From Spirochaetia bacterium (GTDB lineage Bacteria; Spirochaetota; Spirochaetia; SZUA-6; Bin103): a stretch of DNA of 64,000 bases. Below, piece after piece: positions 18,465 through 26,663 of the stretch. The translations under genes and the position numbers were made by a program. The DNA lies in assembly GCA_965243555.1 (NCBI GenBank), contig OZ251575.1:864463-928462 (forward strand). Direction: 5' to 3'. Each line of letters opens with the position of its first letter. Within the stretch, counting starts at the first letter, position 1. The notes under the pieces were generated by a model, which was given only the letters and a program-made list of their open reading frames with translations, made no database searches and had not been told where the DNA came from.

Positions 18465-19102
18465 AGTTCCTCGCCTTCGTCGTCGTGCAGGGAGCGGCAC
18501 TCCTGCCACACCCGCACGGCATGCCGAATCCGCGGCTTGCCCATACGCCGCGCAAGGGCGGCGAGGCGGCCAAGGTCGAACAGTTCGGTCTGCTGGAATC
18601 GCATCTCCGCCATCCGGTCGACATCCCACGCGCCGGGCGTCAGGTGGAACAGGTCAAGCAGCGCCTTCTCCACCGTGGCGACGATTGCGTCGCTGCCCGC
18701 GACCCGGACGGTGCGGTACCCGAAGAAGAACTCCCGCTTCACGTTGCGGTAGCTGAACGTGCCGAGCCGGTTCGCGAATTCGCGCGGGGTGCGCGTGGTG
18801 ACGCTGGTGTAGACCGGCACGCTTTCGGGAATCACGCCGTAGAAGCTCAGCGCCCACGCGCCGCTCAGGTAGGACGGGGCGTACAACGCGTTGGCCAGCG
18901 CGGCCGGCGCCAGCGGCGCGCGCCGGTAGCGGTCGGCCAGCGTGTAGCGGCCGCGGCGCAGGGCGACCACCTTGCCGGCCCGGCCCCAGCGGTGGAGCTG
19001 GCTCACCACGCTCGCCCGCGGCGCCGCGCTGAGCTGGGTCACCGTCGCCAAGTCGAACCACGGCTCCGCGCCGAGCAGCTCCACGACCGTGTCAAATCTC
19101 AT
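18461..19102 (-). CDS. abiEi: AbiEi-family antitoxin / transcriptional regulator (213 aa).
   Basis: The N-terminal wHTH-like region and C-terminal domain fit AbiEi (COG5340-like). It is immediately upstream of, and overlapping, the AbiEii toxin gene. Confidence 0.7.
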   Translation of the reverse strand: MRFDTVVELLGAEPWFDLATVTQLSAAPRASVVSQLHRWGRAGKVVALRRGRYTLADRYRRAPLAPAALANALYAPSYLSGAWALSFYGVIPESVPVYTSVTTRTPREFANRLGTFSYRNVKREFFFGYRTVRVAGSDAIVATVEKALLDLFHLTPGAWDVDRMAEMRFQQTELFDLGRLAALARRMGKPRIRHAVRVWQECRSLHDDEGEEL

Positions 19103-19208
19103 AGAGACGCGATCCGTTTACGATAATGTACCAAAGTGATGATTATCGTCAACCAGAGCGTGCGTGCCGCTCCTGTCCGCGCCTGCACGTCCCGGCGGCG
19201 GCTTGCGG

Positions 19209-20756
19209 TCAGCCGGCGGCCACCTCGAAGGCGGTCACGTTGCGAGTCGCGCGGCTGAACTCCACCCCGAGCAGGTGGATCGGCTCGCGCCCGTCCCGGT
19301 ACTTGGCGGCGTAGTCGCGCTCCCGCAACTGCGCCAGCGCGGTCCCCTCCCCCGCCTGCTCCGTTACCTTGAACTCGAACAGGTACACCTGCCCGCCGGC
19401 CCGCACCGCCATGTCCAGCCGCCCGACCGCGCTCGAATCCTCCACCACAATGTCATAGCCCAGCGCCGCGAAGTAGGAGTAGAACACGCTCGCGTAGTAG
19501 CCCTCGTAGCGGGCGATGTCGTTGTTGGAGTGCCACTCATACGGGATGCTCGCAAAGAAGGCGTGGAACAGCTCCCGCAGCCCGGCGCAGTCGGCCGCTT
19601 CCAGCAGGCGCGCCAGGCGGAAGCTGTTGGCCATCTGCCGGTCTCCGTCCCGCACCAGATGGCGCAACAGCACGTCGTTCAGGCTCTGCCGCACCTCCCG
19701 GTTCGGGTAGCCCAGCCGGTACACTGCCCTCCCGCCCAGCTCATCTTCCGCCTTGATCGTCAGGTAGCCGGTCTGGAACAGCAGCGCCTGGGTGCCTATG
19801 TGCTCCACGTCGAACGCCGACAGCAGCTCCTCGGTACCGACCATGTCGGCCAGCGACACGGTGGAGACTCGCCGCTCAAACAGCGTGTCGATCAGGAACG
19901 CCGGCGAGCCGGTCTCGAACCAGTGGGGCTTGAACTTGCGGCTGTCGAACAGCAGCAGCAGGTCAAACGGGTTGTACACCTTCTCGTCGCCCAGCCAGCA
20001 GTACCCGTTGTACCACTCGCGGATGCGATCGCGGTCCAGCCCCGGCAGCTCCGGGGCGAATACGGTGTCCAGGTCTTCTTCGGTGTAGCCGCAGATCGCC
20101 GAGTAGCGCGGGTCCAGCGTGAGGTCGGTGAGGTTGTTGAGGTCGGAGAACAGACTCATCTTGGAGAACTTGCTCACCCCGGTCAGGAAGGTAAAGCGCA
20201 CGTGCGCTTCACTGTCCTTGATCACCCCGTACAGACCGCGCAGGAAGGCGCGGTTGGCGCGGGCTACCTCGGGGGTTTCCAGCGCGTCCAGGATCGGCTT
20301 GTCGTACTCGTCCACCAGCACCGCCGCCTGCTGCCCGGTACGCTCGTGCAGGGCTTCCAGCAGGGATGCGAAACGGCCCGGCGCCGTCAGGTAGTCCGCC
20401 TCCACCCCGTTGCGCCGCTCCACGGCCGCGAGCTGCTCCATGACGTTGTCCCGCAACAGTCCCGGCTCCCTGAAACTGCCGCCGCCGAAGCTGAGCCGCA
20501 CCACGGGATGGCGCTGCGACCAGTCATGGCGTCCGTGGACGTGGAGCCCCTCGAACAATGCCTTGCTGCCCTCGAACAGCTCCTTGAGCGTGTCCAGAAA
20601 CAGACTCTTGCCGAACCGCCGCGGCCGCGACAGAAAGTAGTGCGTGCCCCCGTCGAGCAGACGTTCGACGTAGGGCGTCTTGTCCACGTAGTAACAATTC
20701 CGCTTGCGGAGCGTGCGGAAGGTCTGGATGCCGGTGGGCAGCCTGCGCCGGACCAT
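19209..20756 (-). CDS. Paralog A1: AAA-ATPase-like N-terminal domain plus C-terminal PD-(D/E)XK nuclease-like domain (~515 aa).
   Basis: N-terminus MVRRRLPTGIQTFRTLRKRNCYYVDKT..YFLSRPRRFGKS (the predicted-ATPase family signature). The C-terminus has D...FEFK (PD-(D/E)XK). I trimmed the track ORF to the Met homologous to the A2/A3 start. Confidence 0.7.
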   Translation of the reverse strand: MVRRRLPTGIQTFRTLRKRNCYYVDKTPYVERLLDGGTHYFLSRPRRFGKSLFLDTLKELFEGSKALFEGLHVHGRHDWSQRHPVVRLSFGGGSFREPGLLRDNVMEQLAAVERRNGVEADYLTAPGRFASLLEALHERTGQQAAVLVDEYDKPILDALETPEVARANRAFLRGLYGVIKDSEAHVRFTFLTGVSKFSKMSLFSDLNNLTDLTLDPRYSAICGYTEEDLDTVFAPELPGLDRDRIREWYNGYCWLGDEKVYNPFDLLLLFDSRKFKPHWFETGSPAFLIDTLFERRVSTVSLADMVGTEELLSAFDVEHIGTQALLFQTGYLTIKAEDELGGRAVYRLGYPNREVRQSLNDVLLRHLVRDGDRQMANSFRLARLLEAADCAGLRELFHAFFASIPYEWHSNNDIARYEGYYASVFYSYFAALGYDIVVEDSSAVGRLDMAVRAGGQVYLFEFKVTEQAGEGTALAQLRERDYAAKYRDGREPIHLLGVEFSRATRNVTAFEVAAG

Positions 20757-20769
20757 TCGTTCTCTTACC

Positions 20770-22662
20770 TCACACCCACGCCAGCAGCTCAAAGACGGTG
20801 TTGGCAAGCAACGTTTCGCCGTTGCCCACCAGGTAGACGATGTCCTTATCCGTATTAACCGTAGTGCCCGACCATTCCCGTTGTAACACTATCTTGACCC
20901 TGCGAACGGTGGCATCGTTCGTGGCCGACACCAGGTAGACGTTTGCGCCCAACCCGGTAACCCTTTGGTTCCACAGGACAGACGCCGCGAATCCCGTCCA
21001 CGGCAGAACCACTTCGGAGACTACCGCCGCACCGATCTTGACGCGAAACACGAGACCCAACCACGAATTCGGCAGCCGCCGCGGAACGTTCATCTCGCTT
21101 ACCCCACGCGCCGGTGACACCAGGTCGAATCCTGCGGGCGCCGTCCCCTCGATGACCCAGTTGACCGGCGGAAGCGTAGACGCGGAGTACAAGCCGGCGG
21201 CGGGCGACAGCGTCGCTATCAGCGCGCCGACGTGATTCGGCGTCCACGCCGCCGGCGTCTCGGTGCCGTCCGCAGCGACTTTGACCCACGAAAGCGTGCC
21301 GGCGGTCTCGTCCAGGCTCTTGACGTGCTGCTCGCGCGCCTCCGCCTGCAGCCGCGCCTTGCTCATGGTGCGGTAGCCGTACAACGACGCCTCAGGGTAT
21401 GCCGTAACCGCCTTCGACGCCGTAAACGCGGCCACGTAAAACCCGACGTCGCCCAAGTACAGAATCCCAGCAGCAGGGTCGTATGCCGCCCCCGTCAACC
21501 CGCGAAAGCCGGACCGGCCTGCCGTTACCTGCGAACCGGTGAGGGTAAGCCCCGGAACTTCTTTACCGGTGGCTACGTTGTAGGCGTACACCGCGTCTCC
21601 GCTGCCCCCGTAGATCAGCACGTCCCCTACGAACGTCGCAGCGCCGACCCCCTCCGTTCCCGGCAGCTTCACGTGCTTGGTAGCCGTGCCGCTCTTGAAC
21701 ACGCGCGCAAGACCGAACCCGTCAATCACCCACAGATCGTTGTCGTGCCATGCCATACACCACACGCTTCCCAACCTGCCAACGGCCAACTTGGAAACTT
21801 TGATCTCGTCCCCGGCCACCTCCTCGGGCCTTTGCTCAGCCGTTCCGGGGTGCGACAACCTGAACACCTTGATCGGCTTACGGTACCCGTCCGCCGTAAT
21901 CGCGAGCTTTTTGCTGGTGTGGTTGTAGGACAGTCCATGGACCGGAGCAACACCAGTCCCGGTGATGTCCGCGCCGGGAAACCTGCGACCGTTCTTGAAC
22001 GCGAAGACTCTGCCCGAACGAGTACTGCCAACGAGGACCACGCCATTCTCAACGACTTCCAAGGCGCCTGGCTTGATCCTGCCCAACTCAGTCGCATCAA
22101 TGTCCTTGCTGCTATCTCGGTTCCACCCCGTTACCGCGCCATGCGTGAGCCGAAAATTGATCCTCACGTATGCCGGGGCCTCAGTGCTCAGCACAGCAGG
22201 ATCGCCGCCAAGCGCCTCCGCGGTGACGATCGCCAGGGTATCGGTGGTCCCCGTGTCCTTGATCACCTTCTCAATGCTCTTCCTATCCGTCACCGCCGCC
22301 TCCGCAGTGGCGCCCATCTGCAAGATAAGCGCATCGACCGTGCCGGCGGCGAACAGGTTGGCCAGCGTCCGAGAGGCGTCATGCGGCAAAGTCGTCACCT
22401 TGAACTTGCCGGCGTCCCGGTTGCCGCTCGTACCCACGCGCACGTAGGAAAACTGCGCAGTCACCGCCCCGTCCGCGCTAATCGGGAACGTGCCCTGATA
22501 GGTCCGCGTCCGGGCGTTGTGCTCCAGCCGCACTACGTGAGGATCGGACTTCTGAATCGCCTCCAGACGCCACTCTTTGACCGGATCAAGCGCCCGTTGC
22601 GCGAACTTGTCGGCTGCGGCCAATTCACGGCCGGCTTGCGGCCGGGGATTGGTAACCGCCAC
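20770..22662 (-). CDS. Paralog B1: large protein (630 aa) with a beta-propeller-repeat body related to the phage tail protein, plus the conserved B-family C-terminal domain.
   Basis: GTG start per the track. The body shares repeats and the motif LSWVKVAADGTETPAAWTP with the 3931..7593 tail protein (NVLSWQDKAADGTTTPRQWTP). The C-terminal ~110 aa are homologous to B2 and B3. The 5' end sits out of frame behind a leader module. Confidence 0.55.
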   Translation of the reverse strand: MAVTNPRPQAGRELAAADKFAQRALDPVKEWRLEAIQKSDPHVVRLEHNARTRTYQGTFPISADGAVTAQFSYVRVGTSGNRDAGKFKVTTLPHDASRTLANLFAAGTVDALILQMGATAEAAVTDRKSIEKVIKDTGTTDTLAIVTAEALGGDPAVLSTEAPAYVRINFRLTHGAVTGWNRDSSKDIDATELGRIKPGALEVVENGVVLVGSTRSGRVFAFKNGRRFPGADITGTGVAPVHGLSYNHTSKKLAITADGYRKPIKVFRLSHPGTAEQRPEEVAGDEIKVSKLAVGRLGSVWCMAWHDNDLWVIDGFGLARVFKSGTATKHVKLPGTEGVGAATFVGDVLIYGGSGDAVYAYNVATGKEVPGLTLTGSQVTAGRSGFRGLTGAAYDPAAGILYLGDVGFYVAAFTASKAVTAYPEASLYGYRTMSKARLQAEAREQHVKSLDETAGTLSWVKVAADGTETPAAWTPNHVGALIATLSPAAGLYSASTLPPVNWVIEGTAPAGFDLVSPARGVSEMNVPRRLPNSWLGLVFRVKIGAAVVSEVVLPWTGFAASVLWNQRVTGLGANVYLVSATNDATVRRVKIVLQREWSGTTVNTDKDIVYLVGNGETLLANTVFELLAWV

Positions 22663-22820
22663 ACCTTCGGCTCGCCCGTAATCGCTACCGCCTGCGTCTC
22701 CTTCCCGCTCGAAATGATGACGTTCGTAGCCGCAAGCAGTGCCTCATTATGCCGCAGTGCAGCCTCGAACTCGGAGGGCTGTGGGTTCGATTGCCGTCTC
22801 GGCCCCGTAGGTCGCAGCAT
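22533..22820 (-). pseudogene. Leader-module ORF (MLRPTGPRRQSNPQPSEFEAALRHNE...) that runs out of frame into the B1 body.
   Basis: AGGAGG-N8-ATG leader near-identical to the B2 5' end. The reading frame is offset by 1 nt from the B1 frame. This may be a recombination junction, a frameshifted gene, or a site of programmed frameshifting. Confidence 0.35.
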
Positions 22821-22824
22821 CAGC
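22778..22824. repeat. Conserved leader-module core (type I) upstream of B1.
   Basis: About 47 bp (CGATTGCCGTCTCGGCCCCGTAGGTCGCAGCATCAGCTCCACCTCCT) near-identical to 24606..24652. It contains the RBS and start of the leader peptide. Confidence 0.7.
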
Positions 22825-23107
22825 TCCACCTCCTTGCATCTTTGCATCTTTGCGCAGCCGCGCCGTAGCGTGCCAGTTCAGACCCATTCGTATACCTCAA
22901 TGGTTGCTTGGGCCGGAATCTCATTGCCATTACCACGCACGTCAAGCTTGTGTCCGCGCGGTCCGGGTCGGCATCCGGTACCTTCGGCGTGCCCGGAATC
23001 GCTACCGCTACCGACTCCTTCCCGCTCGGAATGGTGACGTTCGCCGCCGCCGTAAGCAGTTGCTCGTCGTACCGTAGCGCCTGCTCGAACTCAGCCCGCC
23101 CTACCAC
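22820..23107 (-). pseudogene. Truncated B3-type 5' gene fragment (VGRAEFEQALRYDEQLL...DPDR, then divergent).
   Basis: It matches the B3 N-terminal ~50 aa and diverges after DPDR. It is preceded by a type II leader carrying ACG in place of the ATG. Confidence 0.4.
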
Positions 23108-23177
23108 TTGGCACTCGCCTCAATCTGCCCCCGCACCGGCGGCTGCGCTATCGGCCGCCGGTGGCGGGGCCGGGGGT

Positions 23178-23224
23178 TGATGGCCGTTTCGGCCCGTAGG
23201 GTCGCAACGTCAGGTCCACCTCCT
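23178..23224. repeat. Conserved leader-module core (type II, with start codon mutated to ACG) upstream of the truncated B fragment.
   Basis: Near-identical to 29628..29677. Confidence 0.7.
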
Positions 23225-24638
23225 ATACCCATGCGCGCAATTCGAAAGTGGTATTGGTCTTGATAGGCGTGTTGTTGCCAATTACAAATAGCGCATCCTT
23301 GCGTGGACGGATGTACTCTCGCTGCAGCGCCAACTTGATGTTGCGCCTCGTCCTGTCATCGGTCGCATTGATGATGTAAACTGATGTACCCAAATGGTCT
23401 TCGACTTCGCTTTGCCAGGCTGATCCTGTCCGGAAAGGCAACCACGGGACGTACACCCTCTCTATTACCTTCACCCCGACCTTCACCACGACGACCAACC
23501 CCAACCAGGATTCCGGAAGCACCCTGGGAACGTTCATCGAACCGAAGACATGCGGCGGGCCGACCCGGTCGAAGCCCGTCGGAATGCCGCTTGAAAACAC
23601 CCAGTCGGCTCCGGGGCGCGCGCTAGCCCCTGGCGTTCCCGCCGGCCACTCTAGTGTTGCTACCAAGGCCCCCACGTGAGTCCTCGGGGCCGCGTCCGTG
23701 GGTGAAAGGGATACGCCAAGGTCCGCGGTGATGCGGAACGTGCGAGACTCCGCTGCTCCCTGGTAGGTCCAGTAGTAGCCGGTGGTGTTGTTGGCGTTGC
23801 GGCCAAGGTAGAAGTGAACTTCGCCGAGCTTGACGTTCGACCGGTACACGCCTACGCCGCCGCCGATCTCCAGCCCCTCCACGGGGTCGCCAACTTCCCA
23901 ACTCGCCACCGCCGCAAGCTCCGAGAGAAAGACAATCTCGGTGATGTCGTGCGTCCTATTATTGTCGGTGGTGAAGCCAATATCGTCGGTCCTGCCGCCG
24001 CCGGTGATCGTCAGGGTCAGCGACACGTACAGCTCTCCGCGGTTGTAGTCGTCCAGGTCCAATGGCGTGCTGAACGGAATCAGCGCGGCACCACTAACTT
24101 GGTTGTCGGAGCTGTCATTCACGTCAAGGGCAGCGATGGTGGCGCGATCTTCCAGCACGGTGAGGCGCGGAACAGGGGGCAGCTTTACCGCCGCGATCTT
24201 CGACGCGTTCGAACGGCGCGCCCACGGTTCAAGGTCAATCGAAGACACCGTGATCGCTACCGAGTAGGTGCCCGCCCGATCCGCGGAGAACAGGAACTGC
24301 GAATCGGTCGACCGCGCCAGCATGCAGAGCGTGCTGCCCATCGAATGCACGACGGCGTTCTTTGAATTCAGCTCCGCGCCGCGCGTAACTACCGGCTTCG
24401 CCAGCAAGGCCGACAGGTCGAACCGCACGGCGCTGACGCCCACCTTCCATATCACCTCACGGTCCGGGTCGGCATCCGGCACCTTCGGACTGTCCGTGAT
24501 CAATGCCGCCTGCGTCTCCGACCCGTTTTGAATGGTCACGCTCTTCGCCGCAGGCCATGGCTCGTTATGCCGTAGCGCCGCCTCGAACTTGGAGGGCTGT
24601 GAGTTCGATTGCCGTCTCGGCCCCGTAGGTCGCAACAT
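23223..24638 (-). CDS. Paralog B2 (~471 aa): fused leader, B-type body, and conserved C-terminal domain.
   Basis: AGGAGG lies 8 nt before the ATG at 24638. The N-terminus is MLRPTGPRRQSNSQPSKFEAALRHNE. The body is homologous to B3. The C-terminus is homologous to B1 and B3 (NVPRVLPESWLGLVV...FELRAWV). Confidence 0.55.
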   Translation of the reverse strand: MLRPTGPRRQSNSQPSKFEAALRHNEPWPAAKSVTIQNGSETQAALITDSPKVPDADPDREVIWKVGVSAVRFDLSALLAKPVVTRGAELNSKNAVVHSMGSTLCMLARSTDSQFLFSADRAGTYSVAITVSSIDLEPWARRSNASKIAAVKLPPVPRLTVLEDRATIAALDVNDSSDNQVSGAALIPFSTPLDLDDYNRGELYVSLTLTITGGGRTDDIGFTTDNNRTHDITEIVFLSELAAVASWEVGDPVEGLEIGGGVGVYRSNVKLGEVHFYLGRNANNTTGYYWTYQGAAESRTFRITADLGVSLSPTDAAPRTHVGALVATLEWPAGTPGASARPGADWVFSSGIPTGFDRVGPPHVFGSMNVPRVLPESWLGLVVVVKVGVKVIERVYVPWLPFRTGSAWQSEVEDHLGTSVYIINATDDRTRRNIKLALQREYIRPRKDALFVIGNNTPIKTNTTFELRAWV

Positions 24639-24652
24639 CAGGTCCACCTCCT
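24606..24652. repeat. Conserved leader-module core (type I) at the B2 5' end.
   Basis: Matches 22778..22824. Confidence 0.7.
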
Positions 24653-24717
24653 TACATCTCTCTGTGCCGATAGTAGCTCACCTCGCCGTCCACCGCCACC
24701 GTGCCACCCACCGCAAT

Positions 24718-26583
24718 CTAGTCGTTGTCCAGGATGGTGACGGTCGCCGTGCACCGCCCCCCGCAGGTTACGTTGGTACTGTGAGGCCGATCATCAGTTG
24801 GGGTCAGGCCGATTTCCTCCAGATCGCGCGTGCTGAGCGGGCCGATGTGCAGCTGGAACGTCTCCGTCTCTTCTTTGACGAGATCGCCGACTATGCGAAA
24901 CTGAATTTCTTGTGAACACCGAGGGTCATCGTCGCCCGGCGCACGACTGCAAGGGGGGTTCCCGGTGAAGTAGCCCCAAACAAAGTCGATGATTCCGCTA
25001 CGTAAATTAATAGGAAAAAGAATCGTGTAGTCGGTGCCAGAGCAGCTTCCCGAAGGGGTGTGCTGCGTCCGGGGTGAGGTGCACGGGGTTGCCGTGCCCG
25101 GCGTAGCCCAGTATTTGAAATACAAGTGCTCGGGGATTGAGGTCACATTAAGGTATATCTTGACCTGTACCCATCCGTTCTCGTAGCCTTCGGTTAAAGT
25201 ATCGTCGCGTTCCGTAAAGGTATAGGTCAGGTCGGCGAACGAGATCGTCGGCGGCGTCTCCTCGGCCGGTGGAGGGACTGGGGCCGGCGGCTCCGCGGTT
25301 GGCGGCGCCGGCTGCTCGGCCGGTGGCGGCGCTGGGGCGGTGGTGAACGACCACACCTTGCCAAAGCCCTCTAACCCGCTTTCGTTCAAGGCATCCACCA
25401 TCCAATAGTAGCGCGTTTCGGGCGCCAGCTCCGCCGACGTGGGGATCCTCAAGAAGGTAGACGTGGTTCGAGTCGACCTGTTCCGCCAAAGGAGCTCACT
25501 TGTGGTGCTCCAGTACACATTGTAGTGGGTAGCGCGGGGCGCGGCGGCCCAACTCAAAAGCGGCCCGGCAACCGTCACGCCGGTCGCCCCGTCGCGCGGC
25601 TGCGGGTTGCTGGCATATCCGGGAGCGCGTATGGTGGTGAACGACCACACGTTGCCGCGGATGGTGCCGGCTTCGGTCTTTACGTCCACCCGCCAGTAAT
25701 AGCGCGTTTCCCACAGCCGAGGCGCCCAGGCGCCAACCTCATAGGAGTTGTTCACGGTATTGAGCGGCCATTCCGTACCCTCAAGGCCGTCCGCGGGGAG
25801 ATCGTTCGTGGTGCCCATGTAGAAGTCGTAGCTGAGAGCGCCGGGCGCGGCGTCCCAACTGAAAGTTACTGCGCCGCGGCTCACGCCGGTCGCCCCGTTG
25901 CGGGGCGACGGGTTCCTGGCAGCTCCGGGAGGGCCGGTTGCGGGCGGCGGAGCACCGTCGCCCGGCGGCGGACTCGGAGCCGGCGGCGTCTCATCGCCCG
26001 GGGCCGGACCTGGGGCGGGCGGCGTTTCATCGTCGCGCGGCGACGGACCCACGGTCGGCGGCGCGGGCCGGCCGGCGGGGATGGTCGGCGCCACGTCGTC
26101 CGGCAGGGTTTCCAGGTCGAAGTCATCCGGCAGGTCGATCACTCGCGCTATGCACTCGTCGTTGGTGTTGACCACGCAGCTCGAGCCGTCGGCGCGGCGG
26201 CTGAGGACGTACAACCGATTACCGCCGGGGTAACGGATCACGATCAGATAGTACTGCGACTGCTGCGCCTGCTCGGTCCGGCCGTCCGGCACCGACAAGC
26301 CGGCCTGCAGCGACTGATTCGCGGGGTCCATGCAGGTGGCCGGCGCGGTGGCGCCGCCCATGTGCAGCTTGTCGGAGACGATCGCGCCGTGGACTCCCGC
26401 GCCGCGGTCGAGCAGCCGAATTGCCGAGTCGTCGCACGAGGCCTGCGGCGCGGCCGGCGCCGGGTTCGCCGCAGTCTCCGGCTCCGGGTCCGGGGTGACC
26501 GCCGCCCCGCAGGCGGCCAGGATTGCGGTCAGCGCGAACAGCGCCGCCCACCGTGTCCACAAGCGTTTCGTTGTCTTTATCAT
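24718..26583 (-). CDS. Paralog L1: secreted lipoprotein (~621 aa) with a Pro-rich linker, FN3-like repeats, and a C-terminal Calx-beta-like domain.
   Basis: Signal peptide plus lipobox (LTAILAAC). YYWRVD...VWSFTT FN3-like motifs occur twice. The C-terminal TVTILDND resembles a Calx-beta end. The first ~230 aa are near-identical to L2. I trimmed the start to MIKTTKRLW. Confidence 0.6.
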   Translation of the reverse strand: MIKTTKRLWTRWAALFALTAILAACGAAVTPDPEPETAANPAPAAPQASCDDSAIRLLDRGAGVHGAIVSDKLHMGGATAPATCMDPANQSLQAGLSVPDGRTEQAQQSQYYLIVIRYPGGNRLYVLSRRADGSSCVVNTNDECIARVIDLPDDFDLETLPDDVAPTIPAGRPAPPTVGPSPRDDETPPAPGPAPGDETPPAPSPPPGDGAPPPATGPPGAARNPSPRNGATGVSRGAVTFSWDAAPGALSYDFYMGTTNDLPADGLEGTEWPLNTVNNSYEVGAWAPRLWETRYYWRVDVKTEAGTIRGNVWSFTTIRAPGYASNPQPRDGATGVTVAGPLLSWAAAPRATHYNVYWSTTSELLWRNRSTRTTSTFLRIPTSAELAPETRYYWMVDALNESGLEGFGKVWSFTTAPAPPPAEQPAPPTAEPPAPVPPPAEETPPTISFADLTYTFTERDDTLTEGYENGWVQVKIYLNVTSIPEHLYFKYWATPGTATPCTSPRTQHTPSGSCSGTDYTILFPINLRSGIIDFVWGYFTGNPPCSRAPGDDDPRCSQEIQFRIVGDLVKEETETFQLHIGPLSTRDLEEIGLTPTDDRPHSTNVTCGGRCTATVTILDND

Positions 26584-26663
26584 CGTCAGTCTCCTCTCGG
26601 AACGGTCGCCAGTGCCCTGGGTATAACCCAGCGAGCGAGCGAATCTCCTGCGCGGCTCTGGTC

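Noticed and set aside
19164-20858. 564-aa plus-strand ORF, and the similar long plus-strand ORFs 29684..31162 and 31406..32086.
   Set aside because: All are antisense to the A-family genes, whose products carry clear ATPase and nuclease motifs. Their translations are Arg/Gln/Leu-rich with no domain signal.
22770-22800. A tRNA-like GGTTCGATTGCC motif within the conserved leader module, which could suggest a tRNA or tmRNA gene or fragment as integration target.
   Set aside because: The flanking bases cannot form a T-stem, acceptor stem or anticodon arm on either strand. The motif is instead part of the coding leader (…QSNPQPSEF…). No tRNA gene was found anywhere in the window.
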